NCBI GenBank assembly: GCA_964200185.2
Contig: CAXNAD020000058.1
Location: 1-33,974, forward strand
DNA length: 33,974 bases
DNA from: Choristocarpus tenellus KU-1152
Taxonomy: Eukaryota > Protista > Phaeophyceae
Reading direction: 5' to 3'
Shown here: piece by piece, positions 1 through 14,500 of the stretch
Layout: each line of letters starts with the position of its first letter
Position numbering within the stretch: position 1 is the first letter of the stretch
Notes under the pieces: model-generated
The model's input: the letters and a program-made list of their open reading frames with translations, nothing else
Told to the model about the DNA's origin: nothing
The model's database searches: none
Made by a program: the position numbers and the translations under genes

Positions 1-86
1 GATAATGAAAGTGCACTTTTCCTGGTGTTGGTCCAAATGGACACTTTGGTGAAGACCCCCCACCCCACCCCCAGATACTTTGGGTC
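1..86 (+). mobile_element. MITE family 2, right half (truncated by the window edge)
   Basis: Aligns by eye to about 26255-26341 (AAGTGC.CT..TCCTGGT...CCAAATG.ACAC..TGGTG.AGACCCCC...CCCCAGATACTTTGGGTC). Confidence 0.8.
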
Positions 87-1121
87 AAATTTCCCTCTTA
101 GCCTCCACGAGTTCTGTTTTTCGCCCTTTTCAGCTGTCAATAAAATACTTCCAATTTCAATGTCTAGCTGGGCCAAGAAACATAATGTGCTTGGCATGTC
201 TTAAATCTCCATATCTCCTGATGATTCTATATCTTTAGATATATATTCTTGATTTTCTGCTCAAGTGTGAACTTGTTGTTCCTTGTCTACATCGTGCTCA
301 GCAGCATGGTATGACAGAATCATAGGGGAAAGATCCGGGGGAGAAGATACTACTAATGCAATGAGTACATCAGAAGGAAAATTCGCCATTTATGATTTCA
401 GAATTTGGATCGCCTGGAGATGACTGAACTATATACCACAGCATACTTTCAGGTTAGGATCATGTGTAAATCACTCCAATTCCGAAGGTCTTGTTTGGTG
501 GAAGGATACAAGTCACCTTTGACTGCACTTGAAAAATACCACTATGAGTGCACAGCTCATCTATGAATTTTAATGATTGGTGTGTAAGTCATGATTGTGC
601 ACTGCTCCTAGAAATATGACTGTATAGGCAACTTGCAGATGCGGATAACATGTCTACCTAGGTGTCCTATCCAGATTTTTTATATTCATGACTTGTCGAC
701 AAAAGGGGGATCTGGTTGGGAGGCATACAGCACTGTTCATTCTTCAGTATGACCAGTATTCAATTTCAGTTAGGATCTGTCCCTTTCTGAGACTTATAAT
801 TTTGCGCAGTGAATGATGGATAGTGGATAGATTAACTGAAAAGCTGATTGCCAGGAGAATCTTCTCGACCCCATGACATGGAATATATGATTCGTTCATA
901 CGCTCTACGATTCTGAGTTGACTTGGGCATATTTCATCACCACAACAGTGAAAAACACTGTGTACACCCCAACTTGTTGAGTTCTTTAATGCAAAAAACG
1001 GTCTGCAGTCTGCACAACTATGGCATCTGGCATGTGCTGTAACAACTATGCAACGCAATGACCCATCTATGATAGATAACTCAGACATGCTTTGCACCAA
1101 ATGTTCAATATCTCCTCTCAC

Positions 1122-2474
1122 CAAGAAGTCCAAAAAAGACCACTTCATCCTCTCGAACGATCTTGGGGATATTAAAGTCACGTAAAGCACGCATCAACAG
1201 AGCATCTTCTGCGAGCTCAGGCTCTGCACGTTTGAATGCACCAGCCACCACCAACACTGACTGTCATGCAAGGAACACGTGTTGGCACAATATTCATTCT
1301 TATCGTTATCAGGTTATTGTAGGATGTAGAGCTATGTTGGATGTGTTGATTGTGTTGATTGTGAGGGGTAGTTAGTCGATTGTTTGCAATAGCTTGAATA
1401 TCCAGGAGGATTCCTAGCTGACGCTTCCTGATGAGCATTGTGCTTGGCAGATTAGAAGGGCCGATCAAATCTCTTGCTTCAGGTGCACCCCAATCATTAT
1501 AAAAATTCTGACACATCCTGCTAGATTTGAGGTTCACCTTAACAGCTCGTAGCCCCCAGTCGTAGTGCATCTGTTTGGAGAGTAGCTCTCGAAGAAGTGA
1601 GTATAATCCATAGAATTTAGATGCTAGCACCTTGTGAAGAAAATCGTTTGAGACTTTGAGTCAAAGCCTTTCAAGAGGGTAGGGCCGCGTCCATTTGGGG
1701 TCCAAATCCAATGTTGCGATTTTTTTATGTAAATCTGACTATTGTGTTTGTTCCCATGCGTCAAATATCCTTGCTCCGGACACACCTCTCACAGTCATAC
1801 GCATTTTACCTACTCCAAAATATTTCGAAAACTGAAAAAGGGCATGAAAAACCCGTGGGGAGCCAAGTGCCAAACGGACAAACAGCTCAAAACTACTACC
1901 CTCTTAAATGCTTTGGGTCTTTAATTCTTGGATGTGGAGTAGAGGAAGGAGGGAACTGATAAAAAAATTAGCTTTCAAAACTACTTTCAACTTTTATGAA
2001 TAATTTTGAAGACAGCATGCCTATTGATTGAGAGCATCACCTTCGCCTCGATGAATCCCTCCGCCATCAACATATTCTCACAGATAAGCACAAGATCAGG
2101 AACCATCACAGTCATCGGACGGAAGAGGGCCTTGAGACCTGATAAACAATAATTATGCATATGTCACAGAGAGATTGAGGTTTTATGCAACCTCCCAACA
2201 AAATCAATGTGTTGTTATATATGTTTGGAGCTTATTCGTGCCATTCATAGAGAGACTCAGTTTGGGAGAGCAGTTGCCACCTGTTACAACTATATCTTAC
2301 TAAACAGGCGATCCAAAGTTCACCTTCTGGGAGCTCTGAGCGACCCAGATAGCCAGGATTCATTGTAATGTAGGCGCCGCAGGTGGGATCTAGACTCACT
2401 TCATCACCCTCAATCACTATCCGTGCCGATTCAGCCTTGACACCATCACAAACAGCCTTGAACTGGAAGATTGA

Positions 2475-2509
<35 letters not shown>

Positions 2510-5500
2510 AGTTTCCGAGTTGTCTAAGTATCATCCATAGCATCTAGATTTTCTCTAGCGCATGTGGCAAGATCTGATTATTTTGTGACAACTAGTGGGA
2601 CTATTCCCTAGCCTGCACCAAGTTTCACGTACTCCCTATTGCTACCACCTCGCCATTACATCAAGACAACATTCATTGAAGGGTAGGCGTGAAGCAGGTT
2701 GAATGGTGAGTCTCTTCTTCACCTGCACAGAGCAAACGGAGAGCACCTCAGGAATGAGACGATTGAACTCATCGAAGCAGCCCCAGGCACCAGAAGATGC
2801 TAACCCTGAGGAAAGACAAAAATATATGAATTCCCTGTGTCCATATCTGGGGGACAACAATGTCCATTTTTGTTTTTTCTCCAATCACAGTGTGAGTTTG
2901 TCATGACAGAGTTCGAGAAACAGTCCACTATCAACCAAATTTGAACTCAGTCTATGTGCCAGTGGCACATGGAATACATGCCACATGTCTAGTTACCCTT
3001 GAAAATGTTGCCAAGTCCCTGATAGTCCATCTCAGGGGAACAGTTAAATACATAGCAGCATTTTGCTAAAGCATTGGCCAGATCTTTGGTACTTTCCGTT
3101 TTTCCTGTTCCTGCTGGACCAGCTGGAGCACATCCCATCTTAAGATTGAGGGCCTAGAATAGAATGGGATGATTTACAATGTTCAGGATTCTCAATCAGT
3201 TCAAAGGTGATAGACAGTGCTGAACTTCTTGTTTTGAAAAAGAAAAAATATGTCCACTATTGTTGGGAGACTTTCAAGCTGTAGTGAGTCATCTGTACAG
3301 TTGCCCCCTCCTACTCTATCCCTGTTCTTGGTATTATACATGCACTCCAAAAGGCAATCCAAGTCAACTTCTCTGGGTGCTGCACATCAGGCTCAGCAAG
3401 TCTTGAACCAACTCTACAGTTGGTGGAGGAATGGAAACTGCCCGCCCAAGAACAGTCTTCTGGAGTCATAAGATGTTTTTTCCTATGTCAAGTGCACACC
3501 AGCATTCACTAATGCATCATCCTTACACATCCTCCAACACCCTTTACTGCAGTAAACAAATATTTGATAGTCTACCCTCACCTGAGTTGCTGTAACGTAA
3601 ATACGATCTGTTAGTGGTGTGATCACCAGCCTCGGCCCATTCCCCAAGTACTCGTAGTCATACGGAAGGACTGCATCCGCAATTGCAATCTCTGCCCGTT
3701 CCCCTCCAGGTCCCCTAAGTTGAGGATCCCGATTCTTAAAGCTTGCCCCTGGTGGAGACACTCTCCACTTGTGCTTGAGCTGAGACTGCCACTGGAAAGC
3801 AGAGACCTGTGTGCTTGTCCAAAACAGAAAATAATTTGAGATGTTGAACATGCCAAGAAAGGGCATCCACCTGTGAGAAACAAATAAGCACGAAGTGCTT
3901 CTCTGTGCCTAATGTTTCTGATGAGACCAAAAATCGCATGCAACGCCAACCAAGCCTCGTCCAATATACTCTGGGGTCATCCATAGGCAGTGCTTCAATT
4001 CTTCAATTAAGCTGGTCTAGGTAAGAAAGGTGAAGTACCATTTCGGCAATATTTTCTTGAGAATGAGGGGAAAGAAATTTACAGTGAAATCATCTGGGTG
4101 ATCTTTTGTGCAGGGAAAATCTAAAGTTGAACAAAATGAAAATTGTGTCTCATGGTTAGCCAGCCTCCCGGCAGCAACAGACCTACAAAGACCCAGTACC
4201 AACCCAGTAAGGCTTCAAATGAATATATTTGAAATACATATAAAAACCTAAGCTGTGAAAATTGGATGGAACCATCTCTTTCTTATCACCAAAAAACAAT
4301 TATGCTTATGGACTTGGTGTTACATACATTCTTCTGAAGAATGAAGCAGCTTAAAAAGTGATATCTGGCAGAGTCAACAAGAATAATATTATTTTATTGA
4401 CGCTAGATACATTTCAATAATTTTGTTCATTGATCTCAACCTCCAATTTTTTGTGTGTGCCACACAATACAAACAGAATCTTGAGGAGGGATTCAAAACG
4501 AGTACTTATTATATTCCAACTGTATGTTCAAAACTTTACCATGATTCTTACTGATGATATCCAAAATTGCTATCAACTCCACTTTTCGTGGGGAACTATT
4601 GATATACTACGATGTAGAATAAATATATCAACTTTAGAAATCTTTTTCATATTAACAACTACTCTGGAGTATTAGCCTGCCCCAAAACAGCATAACCACT
4701 TTCATAAATTATCAGACATTTGAAATTGAAGAAATTGTACATCTCTTTCCTGGGCCAGCCTATTGATCATGGACCATAGTGGCGAGGTTAAACTGAAAAT
4801 AGCTTCTGTATTTTTTTTCATCATAAGCTTATCTTGGCACAGGGACATTGTCGCCTCGGAATTTTGTTGACCCAAATATTTTTGCTGCAGTCCCAATTCA
4901 ACCAAACTCGGAAATTTCTTATTACTCATTGTTTCAACTTCCATCTGACCTACATTAATATTATATATTATATATATATATATATATATATCTGAAGATT
5001 ATCCTACATAAAGTAGTGTTGTGATACTTCTCGCTCACCTCTTCCACTTTGTCACGCATCATCTTTTGCACAACGTCACGTCCATGGGCATCCATGGTGA
5101 TACAAACCATAACACGAGTACGGTCTCCTTTGGTAAGGTCAGACTGGGTCAACCTGAGTTTTCACAAACCAACAGGGAGATATGTGACCAGAGAAGGCTC
5201 ACATACATGTGAGCACCAGCTGAGTTGCCAACTCAGAATTGGCAGAAAAAAATCATTCTGTACAGGTCCTGTATTCTCTTACTATGCAGTCATGCAATGG
5301 GCAGGAAGCTGGACACAATTCTGTGTCTAAAATTAGCATATTCTGATCAAACTCAAACTGTCTCAATGCTACTTGCTCAATTCCATTTAGTGTATCAGCG
5401 CAAGCATGGACAACTCATACCTAATGAGGTCATTTAGTTGATTGATCTGCTGCTTGTTGTACTCGGCTAACCCATCTGCCTTGCCTCTGCTGACCTCGTC

Positions 5501-8500
5501 AAGTGCTATCTCCACCTGCCAAGCCCAAACACCAGGTACAGTCCCGACCAAGTAAACTCTACATTGATATATCAGCTTGGGTACAGGATTGCAGGAGCAG
5601 GACAGTGACGTTGCTTCTACTCCAAGAAAATATTTAGAAGTCGAATGGGCAGTTGACAAGGAGATTGTATCCACCAAGCTGTGTGCTATTTACTTGCAAA
5701 AAGTCAGCTTGAAATGCAGCGGACAAACCTCTTCCACATAGTTGATGGCCAAGGTCAGCAAGATTATCTGGGCAGGATCACTTGGCCTTCCTGTGTGTGT
5801 TTGATCGGTCATGGCATATTCAATTGTGGTGAGCCTCATGTCACATACTCCGGATGGCTTAATTAATTCTAGGGGTTGCTCAATAGTGAAGTTTCAAACA
5901 CAGGCACAGTGGGTATGAAATACTTGGAGTGCAGACAAGAGCTCTAATGTGGTCAACAAATTCTTATATCAGTGCCCTTTTTGTGGCATCTGTAAAATTT
6001 TGAAGGCAAATCCATTGATTGTCAAAACTTCAAGAGCAGATTTATCAGGTTTTACCTTTTGCAGCTATGGCAGGCAAGTGGACTGTTGTATGTCTTCAAG
6101 ATTTAATGTTATGCTCTAAAAACATGCTGTAGTCGAAAAGGAAAAACCTAACAAACCTGGGTACACGAGATACTTACTCCACAAGTGATAGTCAGCTGAT
6201 AACACTGTGCTGTGCAAGCCCAAGGCTGATGACTATAGAGCAGAGTTGACATTGGGTGCCTTTGGATAGGGAGCCTCTAAAAATATGGAATTGCTTGGCT
6301 GATGTTGAGGATACTGTAGGTAGAACTAGTCATGCTATTCAAATATGCTTCCAGTAGTTGAGACACAGGGTATAGTACTTCATACATGTAGGCACTCATA
6401 CAATGCCGGCTGCAATGAATCTCAGGCACTATAGCGCTCTAGAGACTAGGAGACAGAAGCACGTGATCTAGCCAAAGAAAATGAGAGTACTCATGATTTT
6501 TCTGCTTTCATTCTAAGGCACTTTCTTAATCTCTTGCAGTTTATCCAAACAAATAATTTCTATGGATGAAGTGGCATGATTCACCTGAGAGCATTGATTT
6601 CTGTATCGTTGGAATAATTTTGATAAGAAGATCATAAAGGTTCCTACAGGCATTTATAAATTTAAACAAATTTTGCACATTTTTTTGAGGATCTCTATGA
6701 TACAATTCTGCGAATCACTCGTACATTCTGGTCAAAGCAGCAACCATACCCCTGTCACAATACCATACAACGGTTGCCATTCCTGTAGGGTGCCATCAAA
6801 CAGTTTGCAACAAAACATTGAAATTGATGTAGTACATACAACAAAAATAATGATATGAATAAACCAGTGCTACGACAGGAGTTGTGTTTAATTGACCAAT
6901 CAGACAACGGCAATTCTCTGAAAGGTCGTAGGAGGCGAATAACCTGCAAGAAACACGGAGCCAACGGTGACCAACTTGTCCCAGTGTGAATTGATGGCAC
7001 GAAAGGACAGTGTGAATTGAAAGTGCTTTTCAAAGCAATCGGACCACGTGCACACCTGATGTTGGGTTCTTGTGCATTAACCACTCTGGTCGACTCATTT
7101 GCTTGTAACGTATCAGTGATCGACACAAGTTGGAGAACAAGGATTGTTTCATAGAATCCAACAGATCCTGGATGGAAGCAGTGAAGAGAGTATAGTGGGG
7201 AAAACATGTTTATGTTTTTTTTCATTTTAGAATTGCATGTTCTTTCCAGGGGGAGAGAATGGCACTACCAAAGCGTTTCGCTTGAACTCCATCTGAAACA
7301 GCGACCTGGTCCGTGTCGTACAACACAACAAATTGCTGTGGGGATAGCAAGGACATATTGCACAGTGTTTTGTCTTTTTTTATTCCAAAGTATAGGTCAG
7401 AACAGAATAAGATTGTAGTATGCACCTGCATGTAGATCTCAACCTTTCCTTCAAGAGGAACAGCTGGCTCAAACTCCACCTCCTCACTTCCCACACCAGA
7501 AACTAATCGCACTGCATTTGGCCTGGCAAATAAATTGAGGGTTGTGAGAGCCCTCAGACTACATGCTGCTGTGTGAGCAAGTGAAGGGCATGAACGAGAA
7601 AACGATTCTAAATCTTTCAAGGAACTGAACAAATATCTAGTAGACAATCCGGAATAACGATTCCTCCTTATTTGGAAGCAGGAATCATTCTGTTCTTGGA
7701 TAGCAAACTTCCAGCAGACAGTGTTCGCAGTTGAAAAATCCCTACATCACTCACTGCATTTTCCTGATTATTTTTATGATCATTCTCATTATTATTTTCA
7801 TGATCATTCTTATTATTATTTTCATGATCTTATGTTTTAGATCGATGCGACTCATTGAAATTTTCTTTTCAGTGTACACCAAATGGGTGGGTGGGTATGA
7901 CTGACCTTCCAGAGGGAGTTTTCTCCTCACCAAGGATGAGTGTCTTACAGCACAAGTAAACCTTACAAAAATATAAAAATGTTTGGGTACGGGATGAGAT
8001 TATATGAAAATATAAAGATTATTAGGTTAGAGGCAGAACAAAAGAAATTCCATGAACTTCATTATGATTCGCTAAAACAGTATTTCATTGGACAGTATTT
8101 GTCGGACCTGAATTTTTCTCTGCATTTTGTGATCCCTGACCCTAAGCATTGGGCACTGCTACAGTCACAATATCACTGTTTGTGTATCACTCCCAACTGA
8201 GCACAAATATTTTAGGCATGCAGAGTCTTTTTTGTTTTGTTTTTTACCACAAGTATGTAAAGCAAACAACAATACTATTGTATGTAAAGAAAACAACAAT
8301 ACTGTTAAAGGTTGCTTCCTATGGCTAGGCGCCCACTACTATGAAATGATCTCATGCCTTTGAAGTGCATTCAGTTACACCTGGAACTTCTGAAAGGTCA
8401 AAAGGAATTCTGTACAGTGATGGTAGGCATCTGAAGCGTAAAGGTTTTACAATGTAAGATTCAACACATTGCATGACACTTCCCTGATTAAGCTTAGCTT

Positions 8501-11500
8501 TTTCTCCTACCTTTGGTGTGTGGACCAGAATCTTGTTTGGGTCAGATCCATTTGACAAAATGTCCAGCAGGTCTGCTTCTGAAACAAAGTAATACCTCGG
8601 GAACTGCCTCCGCCGTCCATCCAAGAAATCGGCAAGACTTTTCTTGCACAATTCTAACTGAGACTGAATCAATCCTAGCTTGTCCAGGTAGCCACTAGTG
8701 TTGCATCCATCTCTAACGTTCTTTGTCTTCCAGAGCTGTCAAGTTGGTTATGGGTTTGCTCTTATGTTGGCTGGAGATTCTTTTGATCAAGTGTGAAAAA
8801 CTTTGATCAATGGTGAAATGAGCATTGGTAGGGCTACTTAAGAATAAGTTTTGACTTGCCAGAGGGGGGCTCTCTACATATCAGAGGCATTGCAAAGGTT
8901 TTCTTAAGCTGTATAAAATCTATGGTGTACTGCGCAGCTGTTATAGAGCGGGAATGGACTCTTGAGGAAATATTTTAGCTGGTGAGAATCCTTGATTGCA
9001 GACCCTTCTTGCATCAAACTTTGCAACGCATCTTGAAATTTAGTAATTGTTGACAGTATAATCCTATATGTCAAAATATCCATCCGTGTCATGGATATAC
9101 CTCCCAGTTGCCGAATTTTTCACTCCTATACATGAGGAAAGCAATTTTTCAGCTGAAAATTTATCACGATATCCTCTGTTGATTTGACATTACAAATGTG
9201 AGCAGTTGATGTCCTTGGATTAACTCTTTGTTCACGAAAGAGATTTAACTACCAAGTAGGAATTAAATATTTCCTCCAGAAATTCCTCCAACACAGATTG
9301 ACTGTTTCAAAGTCACTCTTCACGATTTCCAATAAGGTCTCAAGGTGTCCATTAGGAGGTAGTGGAACGAGGGACTTTTTCATGTCAATTCTTCGAAAAG
9401 TTGTGATCACAAGCTCATCACCTTTGATACATTGTTCTCTATGAGCAAGGAGTGAATTTGGGGCATTGCAATCAAATTGTTGAGGGCAAAAGCTTTTTGG
9501 TCTTCTGCTAAACAGCAATCCCCACAATTTTTAACCAATGACTTTTTATTCACTTGCTAGTAGCCCGATTCGACTTTTTATTCACTTGATATCACCGTTG
9601 ATAGAATTGTAGGCAAATTTTTCCTTTAGGGGAATCCTTGCGTCAAAAATATCATTAAAAAAATATATTTACTACTACAATTTCTCGGGTCATTCTGAGT
9701 GGGGTACTCCAGAGCTCAAGAGTGGTGAAAATAATACAAATAAAATAGTCTAGACGATAAATACAAATATTTCTTCTGTGAAGGACACACTTTCAGCACT
9801 GAGCCTCCAAGTGTGTGGAATATGGTGGTTGGGATCAGGCAGATCCAGTACTACCATTTATCGTGCTGTACACACATGTGGAGTTAACCTTACTCATAAA
9901 TTGTGTTCAACTATGAGATGCACCCTTGAGTGTGTGTGGGCCACTGGGGCTTGTAGGGGAGGTGGTGGTAGGATGGTGGTGATGATTGCATTTGTAGTAA
10001 TTTGTAGTAATTTGTAGTAATTTGTTTGTCATTGAGGAATTGGACCTCACTTGGCTTTACTTCCGAAGAGATCCAGGTGGAGTTTCACAAGCGACACTGA
10101 GCAAAGGAATATAACAAAATGGTGTGCGAAATTTGAGGTCCATTTGAGACCATCTAGTGTCCATACTAGAATGTATTGATCCTTTGAGAGCATCTACACT
10201 TCAATCTTGGATTAGAAACCTATCTCAACCCTATCTATCCCCATTTTTCAGAGTCAACACATACTGCACTTACTTCCCTTATAATTATACCTGAGATATC
10301 ATATTTTTGGACTATATCTACCTGCACTACTCCACTCATGCCTTACATTTTTTTCACATATTAGATTGAGCCTTTGCACCACTCATCACTTCACCTCCTC
10401 TCCATTAGATTGAATCTGGTGGAGTGCTCGCTTGGTTGAATGGAGACTTGCCACCATAGTTTATATTATATAGGTTATATTTCGTTCTTTATTTTCAGTT
10501 TAGTGGTAGACAAGAGGCTTCAGGTGTACTAGTCCATCGTGCTTGCCGTGTGATCCATCGAAGTCAAATTTCCCTCACAAGAATATCTCAACTTGTACGG
10601 TTTTAGAACCGTACATTCCTTTGAATGAAGCTGGAGACTGGCACTAAACTACAAGGGCTCCCATTTCACTACATAAAGAACCAAAGTATCTTAGAGGGTA
10701 GAGCTGCGTCCATTTGGGAGCCAAAATCCAATGTTGCGATTTTTATGTAATTTTGGCTATCGTGTCTGTTAAGAAGTGTCAATATCAATGTTCTGGACAC
10801 ACCTTTTCATAACATGTACACTTCACCTACTCCTAAACAATTTGGAGTAGGATAATGTCATAAAAGAACCCATGGGAAGCCAAGCCCCAAATGGAAAAAC
10901 AGGGCAAAACTCGTACCCTCTAAGATACTTTCACTCAAAACAAATTGCGCACATGCCTTACATGGAAATCACTAGTGAAACTGAGTGCGGGAGCATCAAG
11001 ATAACTTTGCAAATGGAGACTATTGTTTTGGGGGTTGTGCTGTGTGCACCGACAATGCTCGCATGCTCAAGAACTATATTTTGGGGAACTTAGAGCTGGG
11101 AAACCAAAGGAATACTGTAGCAACCAAACAGCCGCAGCTAGACCCGAAAAAATGGCCACAGGTACCAAATACACATGACACCGCCTGCTGAGGATTCTAA
11201 GGAATAAGGTTTTGGACTGGGATACCCTCCCTGGTGCTGATGATGATACCTATGATTTATGGATGTACATCGGGACTTATCCGGATTTTTCTAATGTGCA
11301 AACCTGAGTGGATGTATCCCCAACCTTGGACAAATGCTCATCCTTGATTCTAGAACTGATACATATTTTTCCACTTTTACTGCTGGACCTTTCTCTTTCC
11401 TATACCGAAATTATTCACTTCTTCATTTTTTGCATTTATGCCTACACTACAATTAGCTTTGTTCCTTTTTTTCTGCATTGTTGCGCCTCTATACCTCTAC

Positions 11501-14500
11501 GTTTTGCCGGATAAGATCTGTTCCACTTCTGCATTTCTTTTGTGACAACATGTTCAAACATGCTGTACATTGCTTCTTTCTCCATTATGAAATCTGCGAT
11601 AGCTTCTAGAATCATTGCATCATGCATAGAACTGAGGTGTTCGAAAATTACTGATAATATTGCCACTTTAGCCTGAGCATCATCCCAGTTTGTAGTCAAA
11701 GACACAACTACAAAATACACCACTTCTCATGCATACACTATTCCTAACTATTGATCTATGTCTAATTGCACTGCCATTGTTTGTGCCTTCTTTCTCTCAT
11801 GATGGGTTCAGCAATTCTTACGGCTCCTCACTCCACCTCCTTCCTTGAATCTTCTGCTAATCCCATCTCAACATTGCTCTACAGTGAAGCACAAGCCTTG
11901 CCATGCCATTTTGGGTTTCAAGTATTTTCGTGGCGTGGTGACAGACGGAAAAGGTACAGGTGTACTTCTATAATCTGTGGCGATTGGCCGGTAGAAATTG
12001 GATCATTGGAACCAAGTTTCCCAGAAAAGAAATCCGGATTTGAGGGGAACCAAATCCGTTAAATAAATTTAGGGAGCACTATCCATTAATCACTGAGCCA
12101 TGTGAACACTTCATGGGTGCTGTCGATCAGTCAATCAATCAACACATGATCCTCACTATGTGGCCAGGAAAGTGCAACTTACAAACTATGTATGCCCTTG
12201 TTTGTAAAATAATGAAATTACATCCAAACAAATTTCGGTAATGATCGGACATCAACTATAAGAATGTATGGGTGTGGCATATCAGCTCTCTTATATACTG
12301 TAGCTAGAATTTTACATACCTCGCAGTAGTTCGAAGCACCTGAACACAGGTTTATGCATGAAAAATATATTCAAACCAGTAATTGTTGTCCTTAAATTAC
12401 CAGAATATTGCTGACTACAATATGGATGATATATGGGGATGATATGAATGTAAGTAGATAATCAACAAATTTCTATGCTATCTTCTTGAAACCATCAGAA
12501 ATTTCTTTCGATTCATACCATTTCGGTGACCGAAATGGGCACTGAAAATGTTCACTTTTTTTATTCATTTTGGTAAGTTCTGAGATTTAAAAAAAAAATA
12601 TATATATATATCACCAACTGTGAACGCACAATAATTCGGTCTTCTCAGACCAGTATCTGGAGGCAGCACAAGGAGCAGTGGTATATATTTCATAAAAAAA
12701 TAAAATACAAACTCAACAAACAGCAGAATAGTTAAATTGCTCTAATACACAAGAAGCAAGAGAAGGAACTCAAACAACATATCGAGAGGTGGCAGTGGTG
12801 AGTATTTAATGCTACATCCAACATGGGTAGTCTGTGCACTTTGTGAAAATACATGCACTGGGAAGAGAGTCAAAAACTGCAAAATTCATAGAGACACAAA
12901 CTTGTTCATTGATGGTACTACATAGATAGCGGTCTGAGTTCTGTTGAAGGCTGCTTCGCAAGATAAAGCCAGTCTGTCAGGTCTCGCTTTACAATGAAGT
13001 CAGTCCCATATTACAGAGCAATTCACTCAAGGTGTCCAGGCATGGTTGTCGGTAAGAACAGAGAACATGAGATGACATCTTCCAAGTAGCTCCATAAATA
13101 ACTCAGCGAACGTGGTGTTTGTTTTGGTCAAAGCTGCTTGTCACCAGTAGATTTCTTCTACCAATACCAACAAATGTTGCTACTGTTCCTGCAGCTGGGA
13201 CCAGAAAAATGTTCACTATAGGGTATCTTTCTTTCCTCTCAATTTTAATGTCAATGATCCCTCTCAGTTTTAATGTAAACATCTTAGCGGGGGACAGTTC
13301 TAGGAAACCTTTTTGCCTCCAAACACCAATAGAGTATATCTGGATGATGTATTGATGATGTAGTGATTGGTGTTGTTGTTGGCTGGGCAGCATAGAAGCT
13401 TTTGGTTGCAATAGGACTGAGAAGTGTGCATTTGACAGGATGTGTCAGCGAAAGCACAGGTGGAGAAGTGAAGGAGTGCAATGCATCTTGAGCTGGAGAC
13501 TGTGAGCAGGTGGGCCTGTGGAGTTCAACAGACTTATGGGATTCTTCCCTCATATTTTATCTTTTTTGTGTTGAAGTCTTGGAAGACAGGCGTATCACAT
13601 TCTGATTCTTACTGACGGATATAATACAACTATGGTACCTGGGCAGGTGTTTATTGAAGCAACACTACTACAGTGGTGCAGTAGTATACTCGCATATAAA
13701 ATCTGTTTTATTATTTATTTGTTGTCCTTCCCCCCCCAGCTCCACCCCCATTCGCTATCAGCAGCAAGTACTAGAGGGCATGTAAGAACAGAGTGAAAGT
13801 ATCTTAGAGGTTACAAGTTTTTGCCCTGTTTGTCCATTTGCGGCTTGGTCTCTTACATTTTTTTAATGGCATTTTACCTACTCCGAAACACTTCGGAGTA
13901 GGTAAAATGTATAAGTTATCAAAAGGTGTGTCCGGAACAAGGATATTGACACTTCCTAACAAACACGATAACCAAAACTACATCGAAATCGCAACATTGG
14001 ATTTTGACCCCAAATGGACGCGGCTCTACCCTCTAAGATACTTTGCCTCAACAAATTGAACCTAGGATTTAGAACACCTTTTGTACTTTGAAGTTTGAAT
14101 TTTCATCACATTTAGTGCAGACAGAGTAATAGGCTACATATGTAATATGAAAAGGAGCGAAATGGTCCACTGAAGTGTTGTGTCATTTTAGTAGATACAC
14201 AGTCCTCGTTAATGTGTCCTCGTTAATGTGAATTTATGGTGAAATTATCCAAGCCAATATTTTGTGAGGGCAGGGGGCGAAACAGTTTGGTTGTATCACT
14301 CACCACTAAGATTCAAGCTTGCCCCTAAATTGTCATGTGTATCCCTTCTCAAAAATCTTTTTTGACAACTATCAAATTGGTATACTCCACTTCTTTCAAT
14401 CTTGCTTGAACTGGGCAGAAAAAGAAGCAGCACATATTGCAATAACTCTGATGTTTGTGTATGATACAAAATCTAATGCTCCAGTACTTCACAGTTGAAG

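Larger units (their letters stand above)
1122..3806 (-). other. Dynein exons encoding the AAA1 motor module (Walker A GPAGTGKT at about 3097-3120, Walker B CFDEFN)
   Basis: Exon 2997-3153 translates [53 protein letters not shown] (missed by the ORF track). Exon 2723-2805 gives [12 protein letters not shown]. Confidence 0.95.
8900..13560. mobile_element. Probable highly decayed retroelement or other TE fragments inside the 5957-nt dynein intron (8736-14692)
   Basis: Broken, protein-like minus-strand frames such as [31 protein letters not shown] (about 8960-9050) and 11320-11720, the latter ending in a degenerate zinc-knuckle-like [19 protein letters not shown] recognised no intact RT, integrase or LTR. 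Confidence 0.3.

Noticed and set aside
1-1121. Next dynein exon (expected to begin GDLFP...)
   Set aside because: I found no matching phase-1 exon with a proper acceptor. It probably lies left of the window.
10678-14049. Composite transposon formed by inverted MITE copies B and C
   Set aside because: The outer flanks do not match, and copy C has its own TSD, which indicates independent insertions.
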